Shown piece after piece: positions 1 through 14,648 of a stretch of 64,000 bases of DNA. Under the pieces are notes generated by a model that was given only the letters and a program-made list of their open reading frames with translations, was not told the origin of the DNA and made no database searches. Both the position numbers and the translations under genes were made by a program. This stretch comes from Malacoraja senta (Eukaryota), in the NCBI GenBank assembly GCA_038087875.1, contig CM075978.1, forward strand, positions 81,344,001 to 81,408,000. The letters run 5' to 3'. Positions within the stretch are counted from its first letter, which is position 1. Each line of letters starts with the position of its first letter.

Positions 1-2744
1 ACTCACTGTAGAATGCCCAGCCTCTGACTGGTTCTTGGACTCTCTCTTGTTAACGACAGTTGTTCACTGGCATTTAGTGTTGCTTGACCTTTATCTGCCT
101 TTGCCTGAATGTTGTTTGGATCTAAATACATCACCGCATAGACTATTTTATTTGCTGAGAAATTAAGAATGGACTTGTACATTATGAAATCACCAGTGAT
201 CTTCCAATAAACAATGCTACTGAAAATCATTGATGAGGCAGCAGATGTTGACCCTGTGGCACAGTGAACAATATCTGAGGAACTCGTAGCGATATTCTGG
301 ACCTGAGATAATTGAACTCCAACAGTTTCCTTTATACAGGATTTGACTCCATCTATGGGATTGACGCCTTGCGTTTACTTCTTTTCCATTGACTTCAGTT
401 TCATCAGGGTTTCTTATTGCCAATCTATATCAAATGCCACATTGATGTCAGGTATAGTCATTCTAATCTCAACTTTGTAATTCGGCTCTCAGATCAGTTT
501 CAACATGACTTTGATGATGGCTGGAGTCAAGTGTTTCTGGTGAAACACAAACTAGGCATTGGCAAACCAACTACGAGAGAATGGTTGAAAGGTAAATTCT
601 GAAAAAAATGAAATAAAATCAAACAATGCTGGAGGTACTCAGAAGATCAGGCAGCATCTTTGGAGTGAGAAATTGATTTACCATTTCATATTGATGATTA
701 TTGGTCATTAGAGAAATGAGAAAGCAAGCATGTTATGAGCTGCAGGAAAGTGAGGGGGAGGTGGCGAGAACATGGGAAATATCTGATGGAGTGGAATACA
801 GGAGAATCCAGGTGAGCCCAAATGCTTGCTATGTTGTCAATAGCAATTGGATACAGTTTGTGAGGTTTATATATATTGCACCATTTCATAAGTATGTATA
901 ATATTGCTTATCTTCAGTTTTCTTTTCAATCAAGCACAACCAGTATTCTTTGTAATTAATATTGATTAAGGTGTACGATACCTAAACGGCCTTTATCTGA
1001 ATGTTTGTCAATCTTAACTGATCTGTTTGATGGAGGGAGACAAAGAGTGTAGAATAGATAATATTCTGTTGATCTGTGAAATGCAGATCACAACAGTTTC
1101 TGAAAATATTAAGTGGAGGTTTTTCACACTATATTATCTATATATTACTGTATTTATATTTAAACATGTTCCTGTTAAATTCAGAGAATCATAATTGGTG
1201 TCATTCTGCCAAGCACTCATATACAGTAAGCAGGTGATTTGCTTATAGGATCAAATTAACTTTAAGTTAACACAAACGACACTCCCTGTCAAAGAATCAT
1301 AGTAGTGGAAAGTTGATCTTTTACCCAAAATATGCCATCACATCATAGATGATGTCTTATTTTTTTGTTTACTATCTTGTGATGCCCTTCTGAATATTGT
1401 ATATGTTGTATTAAACATGGTTAATGATGATAAAAGGTGAATAGTAAAACTTATTAATCTACAATAGATTACTGACAATAACTGCCATCAATACCGAAAT
1501 AAGTTAATACATAGCCTGAATTTCTACAATAAATGCAGCCTAAAATTTCTAAAATATTTAGCTGAAATGTCGATAATAAAGTCACAGTCCATTCTTACTT
1601 TCTATGTTTACATCCAATACATAACACCACGAACACTGGCATGTTCAAAGATTTTTATCTATGAAATAAAAGCTTTTTGACGTAATGTAAATATATTGTT
1701 GCACAAATTTAGTGGTAAATAGGACTTTTTTCTGTGTCTTATTGAATATTAAATCTCACCAATGTGCAAAATAGTTTGTGTGTTGTAATTGCTTTGTAGA
1801 CTGTTCTACTTTCTTTAAAGTTTACGAGGCACTCAGGTAAGTCATGAATGGGCACAAACATGGAGAAAATATCTGAAATTGTGTTTAGTTATAAAATGAA
1901 ATGACAACTAAAAATAAATTGAGAGGCATCCACAGTTAATCTTTATCCATTTCACAAATCATATTAAGCAGGATTACTAGGAAAAGCAACGTTTGCTGTG
2001 GATCATTGGAGGAGTGGGGCACATGGTCAGTAGAGGTCAAAAAGGAGGAGGTGGGCGAAGAGATCAGCAAACAACTTGATAAATGCAGATCTGGAGTATT
2101 ATATTGGGTCAGGACTAAGACCAGGCAGGAGATTGGTCGTGCTGTTGAGATTGATCAGAGGATAAGAATGGAAGGTGTGATTGAAAGAAAAGACAAAAGG
2201 AAGTAGATAAGTGTACTTTATTGAAGTATTTGATGATGTGGCACAGGTCACCATGCCTGGGATTCCCTGTGATTAATTCTGAAACAGGTTTCTTAAATGT
2301 TGTGAAGGTAAAGGTGGTTAACTCCATCAATCACCTCGACACATCGGATTCCACTATTTGTTAGCAATTAAATTAAGGAAGATCGAGAAGGAAATTACTT
2401 TCTGATGATATGTAGACTATAAAGGCATGTATTCAACAACATTCAGCTAAACAATACATTAAAGTTAAGTATGCCATTTCTCCAGCCATTTAGCACCTCA
2501 TTTAATTGTGAATGTGCATCTAAAGGTAATATCATAAGTGTTTGCCAATTATCCAGAGGCAGTATTTACGTACCCAGTTTTAGAAACTGAGCTCTTACAA
2601 ATTTGCACCAATAACTTATCAAGATAGGAGGGGCAATCCAATGTTTTTTTCACCCAGAGTTTTAAATAATACATGAAAAGATGTTGGCGACGTAAACCCT
2701 TGTCACATGGAATGTCTCTTCTGTGATCTTATAAAGTCATAGCT

Positions 2745-3245
2745 AGTCATAGAGTCAAACAGCATGAAAACATGTACTTTAGCCAAAATTGCCCACGCCA
2801 ACCATATTCTCCATCTACACTAGTGCCACCTACCCGTATAAACATTTCCTGTCCATGTATCGATTCAAATGTTGTCATTGTACTTCCCGCAACTACCTCC
2901 TCTGGCAGCTCGTTCCATGTACTCACTACCCCCTGGTCCCTATTAAATCTTTCCCCTCCATTCTTAAACCTATGTCCACTGGTTTCTTGATTCTCCAATG
3001 CTGGATAAAATACTCTGTACAATTACCCTATTCATTTCCGTCATGATTTTACACACCTCTGTAAGATTACCCCTCAGCCTCCAGCATTCCAAGGAATAAA
3101 GTCCTAGCCTGCCCAACCTGTCCTTGTGGGTTAGACTTTCAATCTCTGGAAACATATTTGTAGATCTTCTCTCCAGCTTAACAACATCCTTCCTATAGCA
3201 GGGTGACCAAAATGGAACACGATACTTCAAATACAGCCTTGTATT
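2745..3245 (-). mobile_element. CR1 3' fragment
   Basis: FWSPCYRKDVVKLE...LGLYSLE and WNELPEEVV motifs. Confidence 0.8.
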
Positions 3246-5363
3246 GGAGGGTGTGAGGAAGCTAGGTAGCTCACAAAGGCAGAATGGACCAATGGCTTCC
3301 ATGTCTATCATAACCTTCTTTGAATCTGCATTGTTCTTTTCCTCTTGATGTTTGTCCTTCGGGCTGATGATGACTAATTGGGAAGGGCATGAAATAGGAA
3401 CTGCACCTTACAATGAATAAACTGAGCATTGTTTGGCTTTTTAATTGTTTTATTTGAACGTTTGTACAAATCAAGATGAAATTATGTAGAAAATGTATGG
3501 TTCAAATCATTCCACGCAATTTGGTAAGTTGAAATCACCATAACAATCAAAATGCAACAAACAATTAATGTAAAATGTTTTTAAAAGATTATGAATCTCA
3601 TTATTATATTGATCCAACTGACTTATTCAGAGGCATAGAAGCAGGTTATTTGGCCCACCATGTCCAAACCAATCATGAATGACCTCTACTAATCTCACCT
3701 ACATTTGGCTAGAAGCCTTGTATGCCTTGAAAATCCAAGTGCTTGTCCACATACTTTTTAATGTTATGAGAATCTTTGCCTCCAGAAGCCCCTCAGACAG
3801 TGCATTCTGGATTCAAACCATCATTCCAGCAGAGGAACTTCCTTCTTTCATCTATTCTGAACCTTTTGCTAAACCTATGTCTTACAGTGTTAGACGTCAG
3901 CTACAGGAAAACGTTTCCCATTATCTGCCCGCTTGGTATTGCGCAGAGAAAGAAGAACAGTAAATTTTAATTGCTCTGGCTTATTTGTGAATCCAATCAC
4001 TGAAAACTACCCTTTGAAATGCAATCTACTCAGTTGAATCAGTGATCTGGGTACATGGTCCATTGTCGTTGACTTAGAACAATTATAGTTGAGTAAAAAT
4101 GGTAGTTGCTATAGTGCCACATATGTTAAATTATCATTGGTCAGAATTAATAATCCAGAGTCATCATTTCAATTCCAGATGTGGCACGTGCTTCTTATAA
4201 TGTGGTAACTAAAAATGTGCACAATACTCCATGTGCAGTCTTCCCGTTGTTTTGTAAAGTAGCAAGATAATGCTAAATGCTTTTGTAAAGTAGCAATATG
4301 TCATTCCTTCATTGTTTCTGGGCCCAGTATTATAACGCACTGCCCAGCATTGTGGAAGATATCTTTCCCAGAAAGAATGCAGCAGATCAAGAAGATCATT
4401 TGCTGCCAGCTCCTCAAGAGTAATTAAGGATGGGCTTTAATTTTGGCAAGAATCCCCCAAAACCTGACGAATAGAAAAATAAAAGCAAAAAGACTTGGCT
4501 TGTCAGGAGATCCATGACCCAAGTAAAAGGAGATATCTGTATCAGAGAAATAACTGCTTTCTGCAAAATGTCCTGTGTAAAACTGACATTGCATGAAAAA
4601 AGCATTTAACTTTTATCCTGAATTTTCCAGACCTTTTGCTTTGCTGTAGCGCCCCTAATATTCCCAAAAAAAACATTTTGGCTCTTCAAAAAGAGAGATT
4701 GAATGTTGAGCAGCAGTTGGGAGAAGTACTAATGAATGGGAAAAGCTAGAAAAAAAGCATGATATGTGGAGATTACTTTTTGAAGGTTATGAACGATGCA
4801 TGAAGGAAAAAGGATTTAAGCGAAGAATTCGGGAATCTTGGGAGTGCAGCAGCTGAAGACCCTTGAAAACACAGTGGTGTAGCCATGTGGATGGGCTGCA
4901 TTATTAAACAGAAATGGTTGGCTAATGCATGGGGATTTAGTACGGAACCCTTGGATTTTGATGTTGTAGTAGAGAAGTAAAACACTGGCAGAATGTCAAT
5001 GAGGCTTAAGAAAAATCTTCTGCACTATTCAATAAGAGACTTCAGTCTTATATCAGCTTAGTGTCTACTTTTAATTAAACAGTTGTAGAATAAAATCATG
5101 CAGAGCAAATAAATAACTGACTTCTTGTAATAAAGGAAACACTTGTGCCTGTTCATGACAGACAATTGTACGTACTTCAATTAAATGTGATATATTATGT
5201 ATAAACCTATAATTTGTTTGTAGGCTTTTGTAAGATAATGATAATAAACATAGAACCTCCCTTTCTCAAGTATATTATGTAATCTTTGGTGTTAAATACA
5301 ATGAAATGTATTGTTTAAACTAAATTCACAAACCTAATAATCCATTGCCATATTATTATGCAG

Positions 5364-5486
5364 GCAAAGGTCCAGAAATGCTTTATGCTGGACAAAACCT
5401 CAATGATAATGAGTGGCACACTGTCCGTGTAAGTCGTCGAGGGAAGTATCTGAAGCTGATAGTGGATGAATTACAACCTGTTGAAG
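5364..5486 (+). CDS. NRXN1: alpha-neurexin (NRXN1-like) coding exon, LNS4 (exon following splice site SS3)
   Basis: Bounded by tatgcag|GCAAAGG...GTTGAAG|gtaata; 123 nt, phase 1-1. Encodes (G/S)[40 protein letters not shown], matching the neurexin [23 protein letters not shown] motif. The paralog assignment is less certain than the exon call. Confidence 0.93.
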
Positions 5487-6540
5487 GTAATAAAAGCTTT
5501 TGTGGATTTGTGACTTTCAGATGGAATCTCACGTTTCAGCATAATTAGTAGCTGTTGAACATGTTTGCTTTCCAGGAAAACCATTCTTTGCACTTGAAAA
5601 TATGTTTAGTGCTTTGTAATGTGATGAGCAGGCATTTAATGTGCCATTGGTTCTCCTCCAAATTCTTCATGGCTGAAATGGTTATTTGGCAAATTAGATG
5701 AATATGTACACCAGCCACAGACAATGTCACAACAAGAGGAATACATTATCATGTAGAAATTATAAAATCAAAGATGCCATGAATTGTTTTGCGTTTGAGC
5801 TAAATTACAATATCCATTATATAGGAAAGCTATTTATCCATCTATTTGTCTACCCTAATTAATTTTGAAGGCCAGTTTGCTTTGATGCTTTACTCTATAT
5901 GGAAACATGCCAAAACTTGTTTCCTGAGGCATTTACTAGAGTGTGTAACATTGTACAAGAGAAGTGACAATGGTCCCGTGAAGCAAAAACCTTGTATTCT
6001 CTCAGGCGGACAGTCTTCATGTCCCCACCGTTACCCCACTGTGTATGGCCTACATTTTGCATCAGTCATCTAGCCTGGACCAAAGTAAAGATACAATCTA
6101 AATACTCGACTTTGTGATCCAGAACATCTCCACTGTGTTCTTCAAGGTTGCCTTTGGTCTTCCCTTCAAAGGCAGCAGCTCTGATGAATATTTTGCAGGA
6201 ATTCAGAAAACAGACACTGCAGAAGATTAGTTGATATTACTCTATAAAAGTAGATCTTTATGAATCTCAACTTGAAATATGTATTTTGTTTCGACTGTTT
6301 CAACTACATTGTGATCAAGTAGACATTGTGATGGGTAGTAATGCAAAAGAGAAAATGTGTAGGACTGTGAGGAAATAGGTAATTAGGGCTGTATATAATG
6401 GAATCAGAGTAAGGTGAGTTGTTCATAGACAATGGTTACCTGGTTCACCTCCTCCTCCTTTGTCTCTTGCTCTTCAGCTGCATATTTTACAACAACCACA
6501 CCCACATGTGGGTAAAGTGAAATGGCTGTGAATCTTGAGG

Positions 6541-7640
6541 CAAAAACACAAAAGTGCTAGAGTAACCCAGTAGTTCAGGCAGCATCTCCAGAACCAGGGG
6601 CCACAGTCTTAGAATAAAGGGGAGGCCATTTAAGACTGAGGTGAGAAAAAACGTTTTCACCCAGAGAGTTGTGAATTTGTGGAATTCCCTGCCACAGAGG
6701 GCAGTGGAGGCCAAATCACTGGATGGATTTAATAGAGAGTTAGATAGAGCTCTAGGGGCTAGTGGAATCAATGGATATGGGGAGAAGGCAGGCACGGGTT
6801 ATTGATCGGGGACGATCAGCCATGATCACAATGAATGGCGGTGCGGGCTCGAAGGGCCGAATGGCCTCCTCCTGCACCTATTTTCTATGTTTCTATGTTT
6901 CTGTCTCTGGAGGACATGGACAAATGATTGTTGGTTAGGGGTCCTTATTCAGACTGATTGTAGTAGGGGGGAGAGAGTTAGAAGAGAGGTGATAGTTTCA
7001 TACAGGTGAGGAAAGTTGATTGCAATGTGAGTGGACAAAGGCCAGAGATGAAGAGGGTATAAACAATGAGGAGTGAAGAAGTGTGATATGTGAGGCCTGA
7101 GAGAAGGGATGTAGGTGGAAGAGGATGGAAAGATAATGTTCATACCATTGATTTGAAAGCTTCCCTAGTGAAATATGAGATGCTGTTCCTCCAGTTTGAA
7201 TGTGGCCTCACTCTGGCAGTGGAGGAGGCCCAGGACAGAAAGGTTGGCATGGGAAGGGGAGTTCAAATGGTTAGCAGCTGGGAGATCCAGCAGGCCTTGA
7301 CAGACTGAGCTCAAGCTGTTGACAAAATGGGCTGCTTGGTCTTGGCGATACAAAGGATGTCGTATTGTGAGAACTGAATGTAGTAGATGAGGTTAGAGGA
7401 GGTGCACGTGAACCTCTGTCTTGTCTGGAAGGACTGCTGGGCTCCCTGGATGGAGGTGAGGGAAGAGGCATGGGCACAGCTGTTACATCTCCTGCAGTTG
7501 CAGGGGAAAGTACCTGGGGAGGGAGTGGTTTGGGTGGGAAGCGATGAGTGAATCAAAGGGTTGTGGAGGCAGTGGTCTCTGTGGAAGGTGGAAAGGGTGG
7601 GGATGGGAAGATGTGTCCGGTGGTGGGATCCACCACTGGA
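6541..7640 (-). mobile_element. Penelope-like element remnant (GIY-YIG region plus pseudo-LTR)
   Basis: FPCNCRRCNSC zinc knuckle, RFTCTSSNLIYYI, and LSVLGLLHCQSEATFKLEEQHLIF. The pseudo-LTR at 6541-6960 is split by a CR1. Confidence 0.85.
6589..6902 (+). mobile_element. CR1 3' end inserted into a Penelope pseudo-LTR
   Basis: FTQRVVNLWNSLP-coding sequence, CR1 3' UTR and (TTCTATGT)n tail. Confidence 0.88.
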
Positions 7641-10600
7641 TTGTATTTCCTGATATGGCCTCTTTAGATTGGCGAGATCAATGCTATCTGTCTGTACTCC
7701 AAGAGGCATGCCTATTTTGAAGCAGCTGGTTTATGCATAATCCTTGAAGTGAGGGGAAAGACCTGCAGATTCTAGAAGACTTTAGCATTGTTGACTTTAC
7801 CAGTGCTGACTTAAAATTGGAATTCACTAATGCTTGACATCACAGCCTGTTGACTCAACTATGCCTTGATGCCCAAACCAATATAATGTCCAGCACTATT
7901 TTCACCACAATCACTGTATACATTTGTACACTTGTTTAAAACCAGTTCAGCATCCCTGGCAGCAAACTGCATGTGCTATGAAACCAAATTTTATAGCCTA
8001 TGTATTTTCAGCTTTAAGTTCAAAAAATAATTTTAATGAAATAATTTTGAGTAATTTAAACAATACCAAGAACATAACTTTTTAAAAATCCAGATGTTGT
8101 ACCCATATATTGTACCTAGGCCATACTTATCGGCAGATGTTTTGATCGCCACATTTGGCTCTGCTGCCATATGTTTTTTTGTCAGGAGACAACATACGCC
8201 CCAGTTTTCTTCATTGAATGATGACCGATAGCTGCGCTGTTGGACTTTCTGGAACTGCCCCTTTAATTTCCTGATCTTATAAATTCTAATTTATATTAGA
8301 ATTTATATTAAAATTGTTCCTAATTGTTCTTTTGCATGGAAAGGGCAGGAAGGGAAGGAGCACAGGAATTAAACTGGAAAGCTGTTTGTTGATATTATAA
8401 CTATGACTGTTTAGAGGGATTGTTAAATCTCTCCATGAAGGAAGAGCACAGTGTGAATGCGGAATGCAGTTAAATCACTTGAGATGGGAGTGGAGTTTTT
8501 TCTGCTTGATTCATTTGGTTGGCCGTTTTAACTGCACACATTAAACAGGTACTCAGCCAGGAAACTCATCAATTCCTGTGATGTTATTGGCCCCTTAGAG
8601 GAGCAACCATTGCAGGCATCTGCTCTGAGATAACGGTAAAGAAGAGGACAAGACTGATTACTATAAATCAGTAACTTCCCTTGGTGAGACCTGGTGGACC
8701 AGCATGATCCCCATTCAAAGTAACTCATTGTCTGCTCTTGCAGATAACCGCCAATCTCTCATCCTCTCCCAACCTACCAAAATAACTCGCATTAATAGCT
8801 CATAATACTAAGAGTCATCCACCTGTGCACTGCATGCTGTTGGTTTGCCCAAGGCCAAACAAATGCTTTAGGATTGTTGGAGAGAAGCCTGAGGGCGACA
8901 GTTCCCATTAGGAATGAATGATCTCTGGCCATTGAAAACAGCCAAGGCCTCTTGGGAGTTAAACCCCCTCTCATTAATTTAGTTGGGCTGTGGAGTTCCT
9001 AGGTGTCATGTTGGAAATACTTGCTGAATGCTATTTTTGGAAACAAAAGCGAAAACAAGTGTCTACTGCATTTCACCATTTAATGCCCTAACTTATGTGA
9101 CATAAAATAATTAAAGAGATGGAAGTTAGATGTAAATTTAATTTCGTAGCAAGGAACAATCAACAACATGGGCATGCAGAAAATCTAGCAGTGCAGTCTA
9201 TTGGTGAATAAATGAACATTGATAGTTTGCAGATACTTGTGGAAAATAGCATTTTGGGAAAGGTTGTTACATTATCTGATCACTCAGATGAAAGTAAAAG
9301 ATGTGAAAGGGCAAGGATATTCCTTAGGCATCGTGAGTAGTTATCAAGTTTTAAAATTTAATAATTCCAGTGCAAAAAAAAAGGAACATCTTCTGTCAGT
9401 GTTTGGAAGATCTTGATGTTAGTGAAGTGGCCTCAGAGAAACCACAATGCAAATTATTTCATGAGCTCAGGTATTTGGAATGCCCCAGTTTAATGGAAAT
9501 ATTTTCTTGATTGACTGTACTGAACTCATTAGCTCTGATTGTAAAGAAGAGAACACCAATGTTTGTTTCCAGTATCTATTTCCTGGTTGGTGCCCTATTA
9601 AGTGAAGAACATTGTAATTTTCTTATTCACCCCTGCTGTTCACTTGAATGATATATTTGGTTCGTGAATTTAACAAACACACGAATAGAACTGGAAATGG
9701 CAGCAGATTAGGGCCAATTGTGACCCAATGGTTGTTGATTTTTTGGCATTGAGAATACTGTAGAAATCTAATTAATTTTTAAGATGATAGTTATATTTCC
9801 CCTGTCAACACCTTCCAATTAAACAACATATAACATTGAAGCCACATATCTTCCCAAATGGCTGTAAATTGTGCCAGTTTGAGTCCATAAGGATGCCAAG
9901 TACTTTATTATCTAAGGAAATATAACTAGAATTAAAGTTGTGAGCATGTCAGTACTGACCTAACTGGGAAGGGTGGCCATCGATGAAACAGCTATGGTTG
10001 GGCCTTGACCTTGGAACCTACTGGCCAATAATTGATGTCCAACAGCACTTACATCTTTCCTTATGTTTGCTTTCCCTTGAGAACATTTTCCCTGATACTG
10101 ACTGATTTCAACTTTAGGATGGCTCCTTATGACACATTCAGATAAATTCTGTTTTGATGTTGAGTGCATTCTTCTCATTTCACCTTAGTTATGGATTTGT
10201 TTGTCCATGTCGCTTAAAATATCCTGGCATAGCCAGAAGTGAGTGTCAATGGATGAGGTTACAGGTGAGAAAGTGTCACTAGAGAGCATTTCCTGCGGTA
10301 AATTCAACTTTGCAGCTGAATGAAGTAGACAGATGGGTGTAGATTAGCTGAACTGGAAATGTGCTGCTTCCTGTGGATATGACATTCCTGGGCAAATTTT
10401 GACATTTTCAGGCAGATGCCAGTATTATATTTATACTGAAAAATATTGGCTTCAGGCCCAGGTGATAGTGCAACACTATTCTTCATCATTATCATTGGGA
10501 TATTGTTAAGAGTCCATGCATTTTGTGTATTCCAAACACACAGTTACTTCCACACAACAATGAATTTAACCAATTATGGGGTTCAGTCATTATTGAGAGT

Positions 10601-11439
10601 GGCAAAGATATTCTAAAAGATCCGCCACCATTTTTAAATGACTACACCTGTGGCTCGTTTACTGTTGCCAATGGTCACGGAGTACTTTAACTCATCATCT
10701 GAGTGAAATATTAAAATGTTATCCTTTTTTTCAATGGATGAACACTGATTATATGGATCAGTCAATAACCTATATGCTATTTTCATTTCACTATAATAAT
10801 TTTGGAAGTGGGCATTGTCAAACCCTGAATTAAAAATAAATCCCAGTTGTATATTTAAGCATTATGCTGTGGTGGTAACTTGACCAACCATTTCACAGCA
10901 TTTGAAAATTTGCAGCAGTATATTATGTAAGCTGTTTTTCATTGTGAAGAGCAACCTATGAAATAGTGCACTATTTAGCATCTATCAATGCATTTCATGC
11001 CATGTTGCTTCAAGCCATAATAAAACTGAGATCCAAATGTTCCAAATTATTTCATTAGCGCAAGCTATTTTTTCATGCAACAGTCTCAGCTCGTTCAGTG
11101 ATGATTAATGGCTTGGGGCTAACCAAGTGGCCTTAATAATCCTGGCCCACTCCACAATGCAATTATCTCAGCCCCACCACAGCATCACTTGATCTGGCAC
11201 TCCCATCAATTACTGGCTTTGTGTGGTGAGACATGAAATCACCACTTGACGTTCAGTGTAGTAGACTGAACAGGAATATGATGTTAAAGAACATCAATAG
11301 GAACTGGCAAGAATTATTCTCAGTCGCTTGTCTTAGGATGAGAAGTAAACTGCATGTTGTGCAAGGATGTAGTAAGGTGATATATGTGGATCAGACAGGT
11401 TACAGGTGGAGATGGAATCCCAATCTTCATTACCATTAA

Positions 11440-11750
11440 GGGCGGCACAGTGGCGCAGCTAGTAGAGCTGCTGCCTCACAGCGCCGGGGACCCGGGTTTG
11501 ATCCTGACTTTGACTGTTGTCTGTGTGGAGTTTCCACATTCTGCCCGTAACATCATGGGTTTCCTCTGAGTGCTCTGGTTTCTTCCCACATCCCAAAGAC
11601 ATGTGGGTTTGCAGGTGAATTGGCCTGTGTAAATTCCCTTTAGTGTGCAGGGGTGATTGTGAAAGTGGGGTAACTTTGAACCAAGGTGAACAGGCGATTG
11701 ATGGTCACAGTGGAAAGATACAGCATGGAAGCAGGATTTACCTTTCACTC
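11440..11750 (+). mobile_element. tRNA-derived SINE (HE1-like)
   Basis: GGGCGGCACAGTGGCGCAG head, GGTTTGATCC B box and central domain. Confidence 0.8.
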
Positions 11751-12204
11751 AAATCAAAAATCATGTCACCTCTTTTTTTTTCCCTGGATGGAGCTTGTGA
11801 ATTGGACTGTCTCCATGCCAGAGTCGAAAGTGGAACATTCAGTGAAGGAGGGGGCAAGAAATAGCTGCTTAGTTTATTTCCTCAATGTTGAATGAACAGT
11901 GACAACTCTTGTCTTCTTGCCGAAGTGCCAAAGCAAGGGTAAATGAATGTTGGATTCTCATGATCTCTAGTAAGTAAAATATGAAAACTAAATGTAGTTA
12001 CTCCAGCCTGTCTCTCCACTCAACACCCCCCCCCCCTCCCCCTCCCCAACTCCATTCATTTCAGGGATTTCATTCAACCTGATCCTTCCCACTCATCAGT
12101 CTGAGCATGGCAAAAATAAATCTCGACTGTGTGTGGATCACTGCCAGGGAATGTTCCCTGCTGATGAAGCAGCTGGAAAGTTCCTGATTCCAATAATGAG
12201 ATTG

Positions 12205-12450
12205 TGGGCTGCACCATAGCATAGCAGCAGAGTTGCTGCCAGAGACCCAGGTTCAATCGTGACTATGCATATTGCCTGTACGGAGATTGTACGTTCTCCC
12301 CGTGACCATGTGGGTTTTCTCTGGGTACTCTGATTACCTCACACTAAAAAGACATACAGGTTCGTAGGTTAATTGGCTTCTGTCAATTGTAAACTGTCCC
12401 TAGCGTGTAGGATAGGGCAAGCATATGGATAGCGCATGTCAGCGTGGACT
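12205..12450 (+). mobile_element. tRNA-derived SINE fragment
   Basis: Degenerate head, GGTTCAATC B box and central domain. Confidence 0.7.
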
Positions 12451-13300
12451 TATACAATGTGAAAACAGTCCCTTTGGCCCAACTTGCCCATGCTGACTAA
12501 CATGCCCATTTACACTAATCTCACCTGCTCACAACCCTCCAAACCGATCCAATTCATGTACCTGTCCAAATGTCTCCTAAATGGTATGATTGTACCAGCC
12601 TCAACTACCTCGTCTGGCAGCTCCTTCCATATAACCACCACCCTTACCCCTCAGATTTCTATTAAATCTTTTCCCACTCTCATTAAACCTATGTCCTCGG
12701 ATTCTCGATTTCCATACTCTAGGCAAAGACTATGCATTTACCCAATCTATTCCTCTCATGATTTTGTACACTTTTATAAGATTACACTTCAGTCTCCTGC
12801 ATTCCAAGGAATAAAGTCCTAGCCTGCTCAACCACCCCTAGAGCTCAGGGCCTCGAGTTCTGGTATCATCCTCATAAATCTTCTCTGCATCCTTCCTAGC
12901 TTGACAACGTCTTTCCTGTAATACGGTGACCAAAACTGAACACAAATACTCTAAATAGGCGACACCAATGTTTGAAAAAACTGCAACATGACTTCCCATC
13001 TTCTATACTCAATACTTTGACTGATGAAGGTCAATGTGCAGCTAAAAAGCCTTTTTGACCACCTTATTCACCTGATGCCACATTCAAGGAACTATATACA
13101 TGCATTCCTAAATCCCTCTGCTCTGCAACACTCCCAGAGCCCTACCATTCACCATGTAGTTGCTGGTCTTGTTGGACTTCCCAAAATGCAATGTTTCTCA
13201 TTTCTCTGTGTTAAACTCCATCAACCATTCCTCAGCCCAACCGATCAAGATCCTGCTGCAATTTTTGACAACCATCCTCACTATCTACAATACCACTTTA
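12450..13300 (-). mobile_element. CR1 3' fragment
   Basis: Reverse-strand CR1 RT C-terminus and 3' UTR, similar to 2745-3245. Confidence 0.75.
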
Positions 13301-14149
13301 GTGTAGTATCACACACTTGGTGGGCTAAAGGGCCTGTTTCACACTGTATTTCTAAAGTAAAGTAATGAAGCAAGATCTTGGCAAACGAGCACTCAGAAGA
13401 GTGCACTCTTTAGACTAAATTAAAAAGATTGCTGGATCAGTGAGCTGCTAGTCACCCTGCCATCCAGTCACGATCCCACCAAAAGGAAGAGGGTTGCTGG
13501 CAGATCAGACAGCGCCTACTGTAGGTGTGCTTGATAAACTGGTCCAGTAGATAGGAAGTTGTCCTTCATCTGCCCATTTGTAAAATACCAAGTGCAAGGA
13601 TCACTTTCACAGGCTATTGCCCTCTAGTCCATGCATATCTGAAAAAAATACCGAACAGATATTGGCCTGAGAAGATAGTCAAAATTCCTAGGCCATAAAA
13701 CAGGAACATAGGAAAAGGAAAAGGCCATCAGGTCCTGCAAGTCTGCACTGCCATTTAATATGATCATGACTGACCTCTACTTTAAATCGTCTACTGTGCC
13801 AGTTCCCTAGAACCCTCAGTACCTCAATCTTTCAAATATTTATGTTTGCCCCCCAAGGCATACTGTTCGAAGAAGCAATTACTGTCACACACCACACATT
13901 GTTCCATGCTACTCTGCCAGTTTGGTTCATCCAATTAATATGTAAATTAACAACTTCCATGATGATTGCAATTCTTACAAACATGCCCCAGATTTTTCCC
14001 CCTTTTTTGCTGTGCCTGAACACGAGATCACATTTTGTAGGGCCAATAAACTACTCCCACCTGTGTCCGCTTTCCTTTACCATTCATGATTTTAACCCAA
14101 ACTGATTGTACATTACTAATCGCTGCCACTATGAATCCACGCCGTGCAC

Positions 14150-14392
14150 ACTAATTTTCACTTTCCCACTCTTACGTCCACTCCCTACATACTTTCGGCA
14201 ATTTACCCAGGCAAATTTACCTACAAACCCAAACATATTTGGAGGAATGTGGGTGGAAACCGGAGCATGTGGAGGAAATATTTGCAGTCACAGGGAGAAC
14301 GTGCAAACTCCATACAGGCAGCACCCAAGATCAGGATCAAATTTGGGGCTATGTCGCTGTGAGGCAGCAGCTTAAACAGCGGCACCACTATG
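14150..14392 (-). mobile_element. tRNA-derived SINE fragment
   Basis: Reverse-complement central domain (GGAGAACGTGCAAACTCC). Confidence 0.7.
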
Positions 14393-14648
14393 CTATCTAC
14401 TCATCTTTCTTATTGCAAATGAAGTCTGTTAACTTTTGGTTATTTATGACTTTTTACTGACGTTGATTTGATCTGTGTTGCAAATGTTTGGTTACTTTTT
14501 CTGTCCCAACTTGTCACACTTTGCATGTCAATTGCTCTCTCTCCATCCTGTGCCATCATTCTCCCTTTTCCTCTTTGTGAGGATGCAGATGATATGGACG
14601 CCGCGGGACATGAAGCTGTCAACCATCTCCATAACAGCACCATCGATA

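Noticed and set aside
5345-5548. ORF-track start and stop positions for the neurexin ORFs
   Set aside because: They run into introns; the true limits are the splice sites listed in the features.
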